64,000 nucleotides of DNA from an uncultured Pirellulaceae bacterium (GTDB lineage Bacteria > Planctomycetota > Planctomycetia > Pirellulales > Pirellulaceae): the NCBI GenBank assembly GCA_938091115.1, contig CALKNI010000005.1, positions 289-64,288 of the forward strand, given 5' to 3'. The translations under genes were made by a program, and so were the position numbers. This document shows, one piece after another, positions 39,933-49,593 of the stretch; positions within the stretch are counted from its first letter, which is position 1, and every line of letters begins with the position of its first letter. The notes beneath the pieces were generated by a model. It saw only the letters and a program-made list of their open reading frames with translations. It ran no database searches and was not told where the DNA came from.

Positions 39933-41657
39933 CTAGAGATAGTAGAGGATCAAAAACACGCCAAGCAAAACAGCGGCCCAAAACGCCATCGAACTGGTCG
40001 ACCAAGTGCTGCCAAGCCAACCTCGGCCGCCACATGAATTTGCCAGCCAGTTGAGAAATCGCTTGATCATTGCCAAACAAGCAAGCCGGAACAGCGAATC
40101 AATGAGCTGAACAATTTTTCCGATGTGCCCGATCAACCGTGGAAGCAATCGTCGATAGATCCAATCGGTATCTAGATTGGTCGATCGTATTTCTGCGGGA
40201 TAGAGATTAGCCTTCATCAGGAATACAAAAGCGAGAGCTGCGAACAATAATAATTGAAACTGCATAATAACGTGCGCCGCGGTATACGGTTCGTAATGCG
40301 TTTCAAAGGGAAGCATGTCGTAAAGCGGTTGGTAATAAACTCCGATCGCGATACAGCAGAAAGACGCAATCGCCATTGCTGTTAGCATATTCCACGGCGC
40401 CTCTTTAACTCGCTTACCTGAATCATGAGCAAAAAACGCGAAGAATGGAATCTTGATCCCGGAATGTTCCATCACGCCCGCCGAAGCAATTAACAAAATA
40501 ATCCAAACCGAGAACATCTGCTCATGGCCAGCCGCTGAGATGATCATTGATTTACTTACAAAACCGCTAAGCAGTGGGAATCCCGCAATCGCTCCACCGC
40601 CGATCATACAAAAGACCGTTGTGAATGGCATCGATTTGTGAAGCCCACCCAATTCCGTCGCTTTAGTGGTACCCACGCGATGCAATACCGCGCCCATCGA
40701 CATGAACAAAAGTGACTTATAAATGATATGACAAAAAGCATGAGCTGCTGTTCCATTAAGTGCCAACTCTGTTCCGATGCCAATCCCGACAACCATGAAG
40801 CCGAGCTGATTGTTGAGACTGTAAGCCAACACTCTTCGAAGGTCATTCTCAATAACAGCAAATACGATTGGAAAAAGCGTCATCGCACAACCAATCCAGA
40901 TCAATTCTTCAAGACCCGCAAACCCGCGAGCAAGAGAATAAATTGCCAGCTTTGTTGTAAACGCACTTAAAAATACTGTTCCAGTGGCGGTTCCATTGGG
41001 GTAGGAATCCTGCAGCCAGTTATGGAGCAGCGGGAAAGCTCCCTTAATTCCAAAGGCAATCAGAATTAATAACGGCCCAAATTCCAAGTTGCCAATTGCG
41101 CCCCGTTGGCCCGGTTCTAATTCAAGAAAGTTCTCAAATACTAATGAACCCGTTTGTTGGTAATGAATAATTGCCCCGGAAAGCAAAAGAACCCCCGACG
41201 TCACCTGAATAATCAAGTATCGCATTCCTGAGCGATAGGCCGATTCAGTTCCATTAGCCCAGATTAGAAAGACACTCGATACTGCCGTAAGCTCCCAACA
41301 CACAAAAAGAGTGATCAGGTCACCAGCACAGCAAGCTGCAATCGCGCTGCCTGCATAAATCATTCCCGCGACATGTTGTTTCGTATCCTTGACATGCAGC
41401 GCGTAAATGGAGGCGGTAATCGCGGCTAAGTGAAACACTAAACCAAAAATCCAACTCCACCGATCGATTCGTACGATGTTTAAATCTTGACCGAACAAGT
41501 TTAAAGTCACCGCATAAAAATCCGGAGTCGTCCAAAACGCAACCAAACTCAGACTCGATAAAACTAACGCGCCCCAAGCGCTTAGCCGTTGCCCCAAAAA
41601 TGGCAGCAACAACGCGCCAAGAATCATTATCAATCCCGGAGGAAAATTATGAATCAT
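39933..41657 (-). CDS. mrpD: Mrp Na+/H+ antiporter subunit D-like (third antiporter-like subunit)
   Basis: WELTA, FGIKGAFPLLHNWLQDSYP, FTTK, LAYSLNNQLG, HIIYKSLLF, GFVSK; start MIHNFPPG at 41657. Confidence 0.88.
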   Translation of the reverse strand: MIHNFPPGLIMILGALLLPFLGQRLSAWGALVLSSLSLVAFWTTPDFYAVTLNLFGQDLNIVRIDRWSWIFGLVFHLAAITASIYALHVKDTKQHVAGMIYAGSAIAACCAGDLITLFVCWELTAVSSVFLIWANGTESAYRSGMRYLIIQVTSGVLLLSGAIIHYQQTGSLVFENFLELEPGQRGAIGNLEFGPLLILIAFGIKGAFPLLHNWLQDSYPNGTATGTVFLSAFTTKLAIYSLARGFAGLEELIWIGCAMTLFPIVFAVIENDLRRVLAYSLNNQLGFMVVGIGIGTELALNGTAAHAFCHIIYKSLLFMSMGAVLHRVGTTKATELGGLHKSMPFTTVFCMIGGGAIAGFPLLSGFVSKSMIISAAGHEQMFSVWIILLIASAGVMEHSGIKIPFFAFFAHDSGKRVKEAPWNMLTAMAIASFCCIAIGVYYQPLYDMLPFETHYEPYTAAHVIMQFQLLLFAALAFVFLMKANLYPAEIRSTNLDTDWIYRRLLPRLIGHIGKIVQLIDSLFRLACLAMIKRFLNWLANSCGGRGWLGSTWSTSSMAFWAAVLLGVFLILYYL

Positions 41658-42051
41658 AATAATCTTCATCTCTCATAATGATCAAACGCAAACCTGTCCC
41701 TAAAAATACAACTCCAACAAACGCAGCAAAGCCGAACATCGCCTCGAATCCAAACACCTCTTCAATTACAAATTCAGCGGGATGCAAATGAGCAGTGCTA
41801 TCATGAGAATCTTTATCATGCGCGTGCTCATCGTGCGCTGTTTCATCATGTGAGCCATCATCGTGCGAAGTTTCTACGTGCGTGGCTTCGGTGTGCTTCT
41901 CCGCAAACAAAGGTGCCCACCAAAATTGTGCAATCAATGAAGCAATGCACGCGATGACGAGACCTGCAATGACGACATTTACATTACGTTCCGGCCAACT
42001 AGCATCGCTGCTAGAGTCGCCATTATTCGAGTTGTCATCTTCTGTTTTCAT
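41647..42051 (-). CDS. Small two-TM Mrp-associated protein with His/Asp-rich loop
   Basis: Two TM helices, C-terminal LRLIIMRDEDYYD, embedded between mrpD-like genes. Confidence 0.75.
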   Translation of the reverse strand: MKTEDDNSNNGDSSSDASWPERNVNVVIAGLVIACIASLIAQFWWAPLFAEKHTEATHVETSHDDGSHDETAHDEHAHDKDSHDSTAHLHPAEFVIEEVFGFEAMFGFAAFVGVVFLGTGLRLIIMRDEDYYDS

Positions 42052-42091
42052 TATTTGCAGCAATCAATTTACGGCATCAAGCGAATACGGG

Positions 42092-43600
42092 TCATCGAGC
42101 ACTCGTGGCGATTGGCAACAGAACATCATAAATTTCGTTACCGAAAAAGAAGAGCACCACACTCCCGACGGCAGTAATGCACAGAGGCACCACGCACATC
42201 ATCGGTGCTTCCTTGAATTTCATTGGCGTTTCACCAACGGGTGTCATAAATGCCCGAATTGGAATTGGAATCAGGTAGGCAATATTCAGCAGGGAACTCA
42301 CCATCAGCGCTGCCAACAACCAAAAATGCCCCGTCTGAACGGTTCCCAATGCTAGAAACCATTTACTCCACGCGCCGCCCCCGGGAGGCAAACCAATAAT
42401 ACTCAGTGTCGCGAGTAAAAAAGCTCCCATTGTCAAAGGCATGGCTCTACCAAGCCCTCGCATGTCGCTAATATTGGTCTTATGGGCACCAACATAGATT
42501 GCACCGGCACAGAAAAACAACGTGATTTTACCGACCGCATGCATCGCGATGTGCATTCCACCCCCAATCACACTATCGGAAGTTGCCAATGCAGCACCAA
42601 GCGTAATGTAGGCCAACTGGCTGACCGTTGAATAAGCCAGCCTCGCTTTTAGATTATCTTTCGTCATTGCAACGAGAGAAGCTAACAAAATCGTAGCCCC
42701 GGCAAGATAACACAGCCAGTCGCTCATCATGATCGGATTCGCGCCCTCGCTAAGCCGCGTTTCGCTGATTAAGTCGATCCCAAAAATATAAACCGACACT
42801 TTCAAAATTGAAAACACTCCAACCTTCACTACGGCTACAGCATGAAGCAATGCACTCACCGGCGTTGGCGCAACCATCGCCGCGGGAAGCCAGCGGTGGA
42901 ATGGCATGATGGCTGCCTTGCCGATTCCAAAAGCAAATAAGCCCAGCAACACTGAAAGTTGGAAATCAGAAATTTTTCCATCGATATTTGGCTGAGCGAG
43001 AATGCCGCCAGGTGTGAAGTCAAGCGTACCAGCCACCGTCCATGTCCAGGCGATGGCAAGCATGAAAAACGCAACCGACGTTGACAGCAGAATTCCTAAA
43101 TAGATCCGACCCCCTTTTTTTGCTTTCTCATCGCCATGATGGGTTACCAGAGGATAGGTCGAAATCGTCATTAATTCATAAGCTACGAACAGCGTGAATA
43201 GATTGGCAGCGAAGGCGGCAGCCAGGGCAGCAAAAATTGCCGATGCGAAGCAGGCATAAAACCGAGTTTGGTTTTTTTCATGATGGCTCCTCATGTAGCC
43301 AATGGCGTAGACCGTTGTAAGGATCCATAAACCAGACGCCACCAAAGCAAATAACATCCCCAGCGGTTCAACGGTGAAAGCAATTTCAAATCCAGGCAAG
43401 ATCTCACCCATTTTGAAAGAGGGCCTTTCACCAGAAAACACAAAACCCGCCAGACTTGTCGTCACCCAAAACAAAGTAACCGCGACGCCAATGGTACAGG
43501 ATTCACGAATATTGGGTGATTTTTCACCAACGAGGAACACCAACGCAATTGCCACTAAAGGCAACAAAATCGCGATCCAAATTAAGTTCTCGGGAGTCAT
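42092..43600 (-). CDS. mrpD: Mrp antiporter subunit D/A-like
   Basis: YELMT, GKAAIMPFHRWLPAAMVAPTPVSALLHAVAVVKVG, LAYSTVSQL; ATGA overlap with the upstream mrpD fixes the start at 43600. Confidence 0.9.
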   Translation of the reverse strand: MTPENLIWIAILLPLVAIALVFLVGEKSPNIRESCTIGVAVTLFWVTTSLAGFVFSGERPSFKMGEILPGFEIAFTVEPLGMLFALVASGLWILTTVYAIGYMRSHHEKNQTRFYACFASAIFAALAAAFAANLFTLFVAYELMTISTYPLVTHHGDEKAKKGGRIYLGILLSTSVAFFMLAIAWTWTVAGTLDFTPGGILAQPNIDGKISDFQLSVLLGLFAFGIGKAAIMPFHRWLPAAMVAPTPVSALLHAVAVVKVGVFSILKVSVYIFGIDLISETRLSEGANPIMMSDWLCYLAGATILLASLVAMTKDNLKARLAYSTVSQLAYITLGAALATSDSVIGGGMHIAMHAVGKITLFFCAGAIYVGAHKTNISDMRGLGRAMPLTMGAFLLATLSIIGLPPGGGAWSKWFLALGTVQTGHFWLLAALMVSSLLNIAYLIPIPIRAFMTPVGETPMKFKEAPMMCVVPLCITAVGSVVLFFFGNEIYDVLLPIATSAR

Positions 43601-45087
43601 TGAACGCCTCCCATTTGACTGATTCCTAGCAATGACTTGGCCGCTGCCTGAGCGATTCCAGCCGAGTAAACTGTCCAGCAACCAAAAACGATCGTGGAAC
43701 CAATTACGACATAGGTTGGAATCAACATTGCCATCGGCGCTTCCTTAGCAGTTTGAGCCAAATGCGATGCCGGTGAAAAGTATAAAATTTCGACGACCCG
43801 CCAGATATAAACAACCGCCAATAAAGAACTCAGTAACATCAGCACGGCAACCGGCCACAGCTCAAGAGAAAGGGCGGAGGTCAAAAGTAGCCATTTGCTG
43901 ACAAATCCCGCTGTCATCGGCACGCCTATTAAACCTAATCCACCTACCACCCAGGCAAATGATGTCAGGGGCATCGTCTTTCCAGCGCCGCGCAAGTCTT
44001 CCAGCTTCAACGATCCGATTCGCAAGGCAAAGCAACCTACCACCATAAATAATCCGCCTTTGATCAAGGCATGATTAAACATGTGCGTGATTCCAGCAGT
44101 CAATCCGCCAACGTTAGACATGCTAATCCCAAGCAGCATGTAGCCAATCTGAGCCACGCTTGAATACGCAAGCAGCCGCTTAATATTGGTTTGGTAGATC
44201 GCCGCCGCGGATGCGACAAAAATACCGACTAACGAAAACGCCATCAAAGCCTGATCCAGTGGCAATTGTTCAAACGCGAACTGTGGTGTGAATATCACAT
44301 AGATCAATCGTATGAATGCATAAACAGAAACTTTCGTTGCCGTCGCAGCAATAAAACAGGTTACGACCGACGGGGCGTAGGTGTAAGCATTTGGCAGCCA
44401 AGTGTGGAGTGGAAACACTGCCATCTTGATAAACAACCCCACGGTCATGAACGCGAATGCAACCAGCATCGTTCTCGAGCCTTCAACTGCCTGAATTCGA
44501 TTCGCAATGTCTGCCATATTGAGCGTACCGGTCATCTGGTAGAGCAAGCCAATGCCGATCAAAAAGAAGGTCGCTCCGACCGTCCCAATTATCAGATAAT
44601 GCAAAGCAGCCAATGGCGCACGGCGCGTCTTACCTAGGCTAATCAGTGCATAACTCGACAGCGAACTGATCTCGAGAAAAACAAACACATTGAACAGGTC
44701 GCCCGTGATGCACATCCCCAGCAGCCCAGTCATGCATAACAAATAAGACGCATAAAAAAGCGAATGCTTGGAGTGGTGTATCTCTTTGTCAACGCTCCTC
44801 GGCGCGTAGGTGATCACAATTGCACCTAGGCCGGAAACAAACACCATCACAAATGCACTTAAATAGTCAACGTTGTAGACAATTCCATAAGGCGATGGCC
44901 AACCACCAAGCTCATAGGAAATCGGACCGTACTGCATTCTCGATAGCAGACTTACCGCAACACCGAACACCGTCCAGCAAACCAATTGAGTCAACAAAAG
45001 CACAAGCTTTCGGTTGCCAATCAAGACAAAGAGAGGTGCCGCCATCAATGGAATGACAATCACCAAAATAGGAAGTTGTTCGATCAA
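43597..45087 (-). CDS. mrpD: Mrp antiporter subunit D
   Basis: DLFNVFVFLEISS, KMAVFPLHTWLPNAY, LAYSSVAQIG, GFVSKW. Confidence 0.92.
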   Translation of the reverse strand: MIEQLPILVIVIPLMAAPLFVLIGNRKLVLLLTQLVCWTVFGVAVSLLSRMQYGPISYELGGWPSPYGIVYNVDYLSAFVMVFVSGLGAIVITYAPRSVDKEIHHSKHSLFYASYLLCMTGLLGMCITGDLFNVFVFLEISSLSSYALISLGKTRRAPLAALHYLIIGTVGATFFLIGIGLLYQMTGTLNMADIANRIQAVEGSRTMLVAFAFMTVGLFIKMAVFPLHTWLPNAYTYAPSVVTCFIAATATKVSVYAFIRLIYVIFTPQFAFEQLPLDQALMAFSLVGIFVASAAAIYQTNIKRLLAYSSVAQIGYMLLGISMSNVGGLTAGITHMFNHALIKGGLFMVVGCFALRIGSLKLEDLRGAGKTMPLTSFAWVVGGLGLIGVPMTAGFVSKWLLLTSALSLELWPVAVLMLLSSLLAVVYIWRVVEILYFSPASHLAQTAKEAPMAMLIPTYVVIGSTIVFGCWTVYSAGIAQAAAKSLLGISQMGGVQ

Positions 45088-45542
45088 GAGTTTCGATCCA
45101 TTTCTAGGATCTCGTCCTCTTCAATCGTTCCATATTCTTCCCGAATACGAACGACCAGTGCCAGAGCTAGGGCCGTTGTGGCGATTCCCACAACAATGGC
45201 CGTCAACATTAAAACGCTAGGGATCGGATTAGAATAAATTTCTGTGACTGCGTCGACGCTCAAATCTATATGTCCTTCAGTAGCCGCATGTAAATCTTGC
45301 CCATGTTCGGCTCCATGACTCTTTCCGCCGTGACTCTCTCCACCATGCGAAGATTTTAAAATTGGCGCTGTTCCATGCGTCACTTTTCCCATGGTGATAT
45401 AAAGCAGAAATACAGACGTCTGAAAAATATTCAGACCGATAATCGTTTTGATTAAATTCTCGCGAGCAATGACGATATAGAAACCGGTCATCATCAAGAA
45501 AATTACTATCCAGTAATTATATAGGCCAAGAAATTCGGTCAT
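45084..45542 (-). CDS. mrpC: Mrp antiporter subunit C with His-rich insertion
   Basis: NLIKTIIGLNIFQ, NPIPSVLMLTAIVVGIA, YGTIEEDEI. Confidence 0.92.
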   Translation of the reverse strand: MTEFLGLYNYWIVIFLMMTGFYIVIARENLIKTIIGLNIFQTSVFLLYITMGKVTHGTAPILKSSHGGESHGGKSHGAEHGQDLHAATEGHIDLSVDAVTEIYSNPIPSVLMLTAIVVGIATTALALALVVRIREEYGTIEEDEILEMDRNS

Positions 45543-46024
45543 GAGGTCACCCGCTCTCGACCTGCAAAGGCATAAAAAATCATCGTCATCACTGCCGTGA
45601 CGGTAATACCAACGCCCAACTCAACGAGAAAAATACCGAGATGCTGTCCCTCAGGAAGAAAATGGTATGGCGTGTCACCTGGTAAAAAATCTAAAGCGAC
45701 TGGCAGCTCTGTCAGAATTCCGTGATTAAGCATATCGTAGTCAAGGAAATTCCCACCTAACAACATGCAGGCTAAACCAGTACCAGCATAAACCAACAAA
45801 CCTAGCGCGGTTAGTTTCTCGATCACCTTCGGCGGCGCAACTTTATGCACCGCAGGAAGCCCGTAAACCAATCCGTATAAAATTAGCGCCGCTGCGAAAA
45901 TCACTCCTGCCTGAAAGCCACCGCCAGGACCAAAATCTCCATGGAACTGAACGTACAAACCGAACAGCAAAATATAAGGGATCAATAGCTTCGTGATGAC
46001 ACGAATGATAGGAAATGAATTCAT
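45539..46024 (-). CDS. mrpB: Mrp antiporter subunit B
   Basis: FHGDFGPGGGFQAG, ELGVGITV. Confidence 0.92.
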   Translation of the reverse strand: MNSFPIIRVITKLLIPYILLFGLYVQFHGDFGPGGGFQAGVIFAAALILYGLVYGLPAVHKVAPPKVIEKLTALGLLVYAGTGLACMLLGGNFLDYDMLNHGILTELPVALDFLPGDTPYHFLPEGQHLGIFLVELGVGITVTAVMTMIFYAFAGRERVTS

Positions 46025-46629
46025 GCATTCTCTCCTGTCAGCGGCGGAGATTCGGAGATGCCTTGGTCATCTGTGTTTTTTCTAAGAATCAATAGTACAG
46101 CAATACCTGCTGTAAAAATTACCGCGGTCTCCCCTAGAGTGTCATAGCCTCGATAACTCGCAAGAACTGCAGTAACAACATTCGGAAGCCCGTGCATATC
46201 TGGCTGAGATTTCTCGACAAACGAAGGTTCTGGATAAACCTGAATTGGAGCGTTTGGGTCTCCAAAATGAGGCATGTCAAATGTTCCATAAACCAAGGCA
46301 CAGCCGGTGATCGTCACAATTAAGAGTGGAATCACGGGTGACTTGGATGGACGTTCTTCGAAATCTTCACTCGACAATCGACTACTCTTTCGATGCCGAC
46401 GTGGCGTCAAGGAAAGCGTTGCGAGCATCAGAATGGTAGTGATTCCAGCACCAACAGCAGCCTCCGTAAATGCTACATCCGGAGCATCGAGGATTAACAT
46501 CCAACTAGCGCTGAGAAAACTATAAATCCCAGTGAACATCACCGCCGCCCAAAGATTTCGAATTCTTGCTACAGTCACTGCTGTGGCGGCAAGAAGTGCG
46601 AGTATCGGGATGACTATGAAATCCATCAT
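46021..46629 (-). CDS. Mrp subunit equivalent to the MrpA C-terminal part (DUF4040 domain)
   Basis: APDVAFTEAAVG, NVVTAVLASYRGYDTLGE. Confidence 0.88.
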   Translation of the reverse strand: MMDFIVIPILALLAATAVTVARIRNLWAAVMFTGIYSFLSASWMLILDAPDVAFTEAAVGAGITTILMLATLSLTPRRHRKSSRLSSEDFEERPSKSPVIPLLIVTITGCALVYGTFDMPHFGDPNAPIQVYPEPSFVEKSQPDMHGLPNVVTAVLASYRGYDTLGETAVIFTAGIAVLLILRKNTDDQGISESPPLTGENA

Positions 46630-46656
46630 CTTTAAAAATAACCGTCCTGGTTTAAG

Positions 46657-46986
46657 TTAATTTTTATTGGTATCTAAAGTATCAATTTCTAAAACTGGCT
46701 TAAACCCCTGTGTCATCGCTGACCTAGCCAAAGCATGACAGGAGGTCGGACTGGTGACCATCAAAAAGAACAAAATCATTAACAACTTGACGGTTACTAA
46801 ACTTAGCTCTTCTTGAAATAAAAGCCCAGCAATGATCAAGCCCGCACCAAGTGTGTCGGTAATTCCGCCGCCGTGCAGACGCGAAAAGAATTCTGGCAAA
46901 CGGACAATTCCAATACCGCCAACTACCGCGAAAAAAGATCCGCTGAGCAAGAACGCCCAAGTCAAAATATTGATCAATACCATCAT
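46657..46986 (-). CDS. mrpG: Mrp antiporter subunit G
   Basis: GIVRLPEFFSRLH, DTLG, TSPTSCHALARSA. Confidence 0.92.
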   Translation of the reverse strand: MMVLINILTWAFLLSGSFFAVVGGIGIVRLPEFFSRLHGGGITDTLGAGLIIAGLLFQEELSLVTVKLLMILFFLMVTSPTSCHALARSAMTQGFKPVLEIDTLDTNKN

Positions 46987-47327
46987 GATTTTGCACTCGA
47001 ACCGATCTCGGCTCCTTCCTCACGAAAACTTCCGTACTCCGAAAATCGCAACAACGCGACCATGCCAATGAAATTCATCAAACTGTACAACAACGCTAAA
47101 TCCAAAAAATCAGTGCGGCCGGTCAAAAAACCGACCACGCAGATCAGTAACACTGTTTTGGTCCCAAACATATTGAGAGCAAGCACGCGGTCAAAGACCG
47201 TTGGCCCCAGCATCGCGCGGATCAACGCCAGAATCATGGTCACTAAAATCGCAATCGACGTTACCACCAAAGCGTAGTCATTAAACATCGAGTTATTCTC
47301 TTGACCGGCAGCTAACAGCAAATCCAT
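46983..47327 (-). CDS. mrpF: Mrp antiporter subunit F
   Basis: RAMLGPTVFDRVLALN, FLDLALLYSLMNFIG. Confidence 0.92.
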   Translation of the reverse strand: MDLLLAAGQENNSMFNDYALVVTSIAILVTMILALIRAMLGPTVFDRVLALNMFGTKTVLLICVVGFLTGRTDFLDLALLYSLMNFIGMVALLRFSEYGSFREEGAEIGSSAKS

Positions 47328-47330
47328 GAC

Positions 47331-47807
47331 TTACTTCCCCTCCAGTCGACAGACGCGGCGATCCATATCACCCGAAAGATCTTCCTCGGCACCTTCAAAT
47401 GAAAGGGCGTGGACAAGAATTCGATCTTCTTCCATGCCAACTGAAACGGTACCGGGGGTTAACGTGATCGAATTGGCAAGGATAACTCGGCCCAACTCTG
47501 TTTTTGGGTTAGCGCCAACCTCAATCATATTTCGCTGAAGCTTCAACTTCGGCGCAAGCACGATCTTCGTAACCTCAATATTAGACTTAAATATCTCTTT
47601 GATTAGCCAGGGCATGTAATGCGTAAAAGGCCGTATCCCAAGCTGAATCGGCGCCGTTTCTTCATCGACAATTCCCATCCTATGGCAAATCCACAAACTG
47701 AAAATGCAAGACAAAAGGCCGAGTAAAAGAATAAACGGTTCGAAGTGACCTGACCAAAGCAGCCAACTCGCCAATAAAGCAATAAATAACGTAAACGAAT
47801 ATTTCAT
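47331..47807 (-). CDS. mrpE: Mrp antiporter subunit E
   Basis: WLLWSG, LANSITLTPGT, LVHAL. Confidence 0.92.
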   Translation of the reverse strand: MKYSFTLFIALLASWLLWSGHFEPFILLLGLLSCIFSLWICHRMGIVDEETAPIQLGIRPFTHYMPWLIKEIFKSNIEVTKIVLAPKLKLQRNMIEVGANPKTELGRVILANSITLTPGTVSVGMEEDRILVHALSFEGAEEDLSGDMDRRVCRLEGK

Positions 47808-48264
47808 AGGTTTCAGTTGATCATCAATTACTTGGTTTTTGGATTTTTAGTGATCACCAACCATCCGACGAAAAGAGGCGTGATCACCGTTAATTCCAAG
47901 CTAAATTACCGCCATACCAAGCTAAAAATACTTCCTGTAGCGCAACGTCAGAGAGCCGCTTTGGTTTCGTTCCCTGCTGACAAGCTAATGTATGCTGTCA
48001 TGCTAAATATTTAAATACCGATCTTCAATGTATAGTCGGCATCTACAAGAAGGGCCATTTTCAGCCTAGAGCGAAAAGTAACCGGCTTGCTCGGGTTCAA
48101 AAACGCCCGTCAAGCTGCCTAATTTTTCCGTTTAGCCACTTCAACTTGGCCTATAGCAAAAGAATGTAAGGTGAGTGCCTCGCACAATTTCAAAACAAAC
48201 TAGAAATACCAATTAAATCAGAGCGATCAACAATCAAATTTTAATGCAGGCGGTTAGCACCTAT

Positions 48265-48468
48265 TTACATCGACGGGTTCTCGTCGACTGGCTTTCGAAG
48301 AACGTAACCAAAGTAACAAGACAGTAAACCTGTGACCGCGAAAGCTGAAAACCATAGAAATTTCTGAAAGAACACAAAGCCAAACCCAATGAACCAAAGC
48401 ACGACACCCAAGTTGAGCAGCCATTTACCAACTTTGTATTTCATGCCTCTCGCTTTCGTAAAAGCCAT
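48265..48468 (-). CDS. Small two-TM hypothetical membrane protein
   Basis: Two hydrophobic helices, co-oriented downstream of the receiver-kinase gene; start may be 48444. Confidence 0.55.
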   Translation of the reverse strand: MAFTKARGMKYKVGKWLLNLGVVLWFIGFGFVFFQKFLWFSAFAVTGLLSCYFGYVLRKPVDENPSM

Positions 48469-48529
48469 TTTTTGTGCAGCAAGTTTATTTCAAAACCAAT
48501 TAACTGATTAAATCATTCACTAAACAGGA

Positions 48530-49420
48530 TCAATCTCGCCGTAATTTGGTCATTGTGATTTGATTACCCGCCGCGTTGTGTGCGACTTGATCCATGAAAG
48601 AGCGAATCAAAAACAAGCCACGACCGCTAACCTTGTGAAGATTAGATTCTGCAGTTGGATCAGGAACCTTCCCCGGATCAAACCCGCCGCCATCGTCCGA
48701 GATTTGTACACAAATATGTTTGTCAGAAAACTCGGCTTCAATGCGCACCCGCCGATTCACGTACGGCTCAATATCTTTCCGAGCCTGTATCTCTTCGTAG
48801 TAACGTGTCCCGTCCTCGCCATCTCGCAAACTCGAATCAACGCCAAGGTTACCATGGTGCATTGCGTTAACGAGCGCTTCGTCTAACGCCATACCTATCT
48901 GCAGACGATCTCGACTTGACCAGCTCGGTAAGTTTTCTTGAAGAACCTCAATCGTTGGCCCGATCATCGAGGATTCGTTCTCCAACACGTAATACCTCGT
49001 AACGTGCCCAGTCGATGTCTCATTTTCAGCCACTATGTGCTGCATTCGATTAGACATTTCAAGCACTTGTTTGATCGTCTGAATCAATGCCGATTGGAGC
49101 ATTGTTTTGGGCGTATAACTGGTCGCACCTGCGCGTAGTGCATCGATCGCTATTTGCTCACTTCCAAAGGAAGTAATCAACACTATCGGTGTCAGCGGGT
49201 GTGACTTTCGAACTTGGCGAACCAATTCGAGCCCATCCATCTTAGGCATTTGTAAATCTGTCACGATGACATCAGGAGTTGTTGCAACGTCCGATAGTCG
49301 GCCGAATCCCTCTTTGCCATCAACAGCAAATTCTATCTGCCAAGTCGGCTCTTTTCCTAGAAGCCCTCCGACAAGTATACGGTCGACCGAAGAATCATCG
49401 ACTACCAAGATCTTTGGCAC
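48530..49420 (-). CDS. Response-regulator receiver fused to an RsbW-like HATPase_c (anti-sigma factor kinase) domain
   Basis: ILVVDD, TDLQMPKMDG, ITSFG, YTPK; EALVNAMHHGN, DDGGGFD, SGRGLFLIRSFMD. Confidence 0.88.
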   Translation of the reverse strand: MPKILVVDDSSVDRILVGGLLGKEPTWQIEFAVDGKEGFGRLSDVATTPDVIVTDLQMPKMDGLELVRQVRKSHPLTPIVLITSFGSEQIAIDALRAGATSYTPKTMLQSALIQTIKQVLEMSNRMQHIVAENETSTGHVTRYYVLENESSMIGPTIEVLQENLPSWSSRDRLQIGMALDEALVNAMHHGNLGVDSSLRDGEDGTRYYEEIQARKDIEPYVNRRVRIEAEFSDKHICVQISDDGGGFDPGKVPDPTAESNLHKVSGRGLFLIRSFMDQVAHNAAGNQITMTKLRRD

Positions 49421-49593
49421 TGGCGGTACTCAAAAAAGAAAGGAACGAGACTAGAGCAAAGCGCTTTTAGCAGCTGTATCGTTAAAGCCACTTAACCGCG
49501 ATTAACGACTACAATTCTCACTCATTGGCCGAACTGAATCAACCGAAATCTATGAATTTGCCCGTTGAACTTATTTCTCAAAAAGCTTCCCCA

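Noticed and set aside
39933-45087. Complex I nuoL/M/N or hydrogenase membrane arm
   Set aside because: Co-transcribed with mrpE/F/G/B/C and no Fe-S or NiFe subunit genes in the operon
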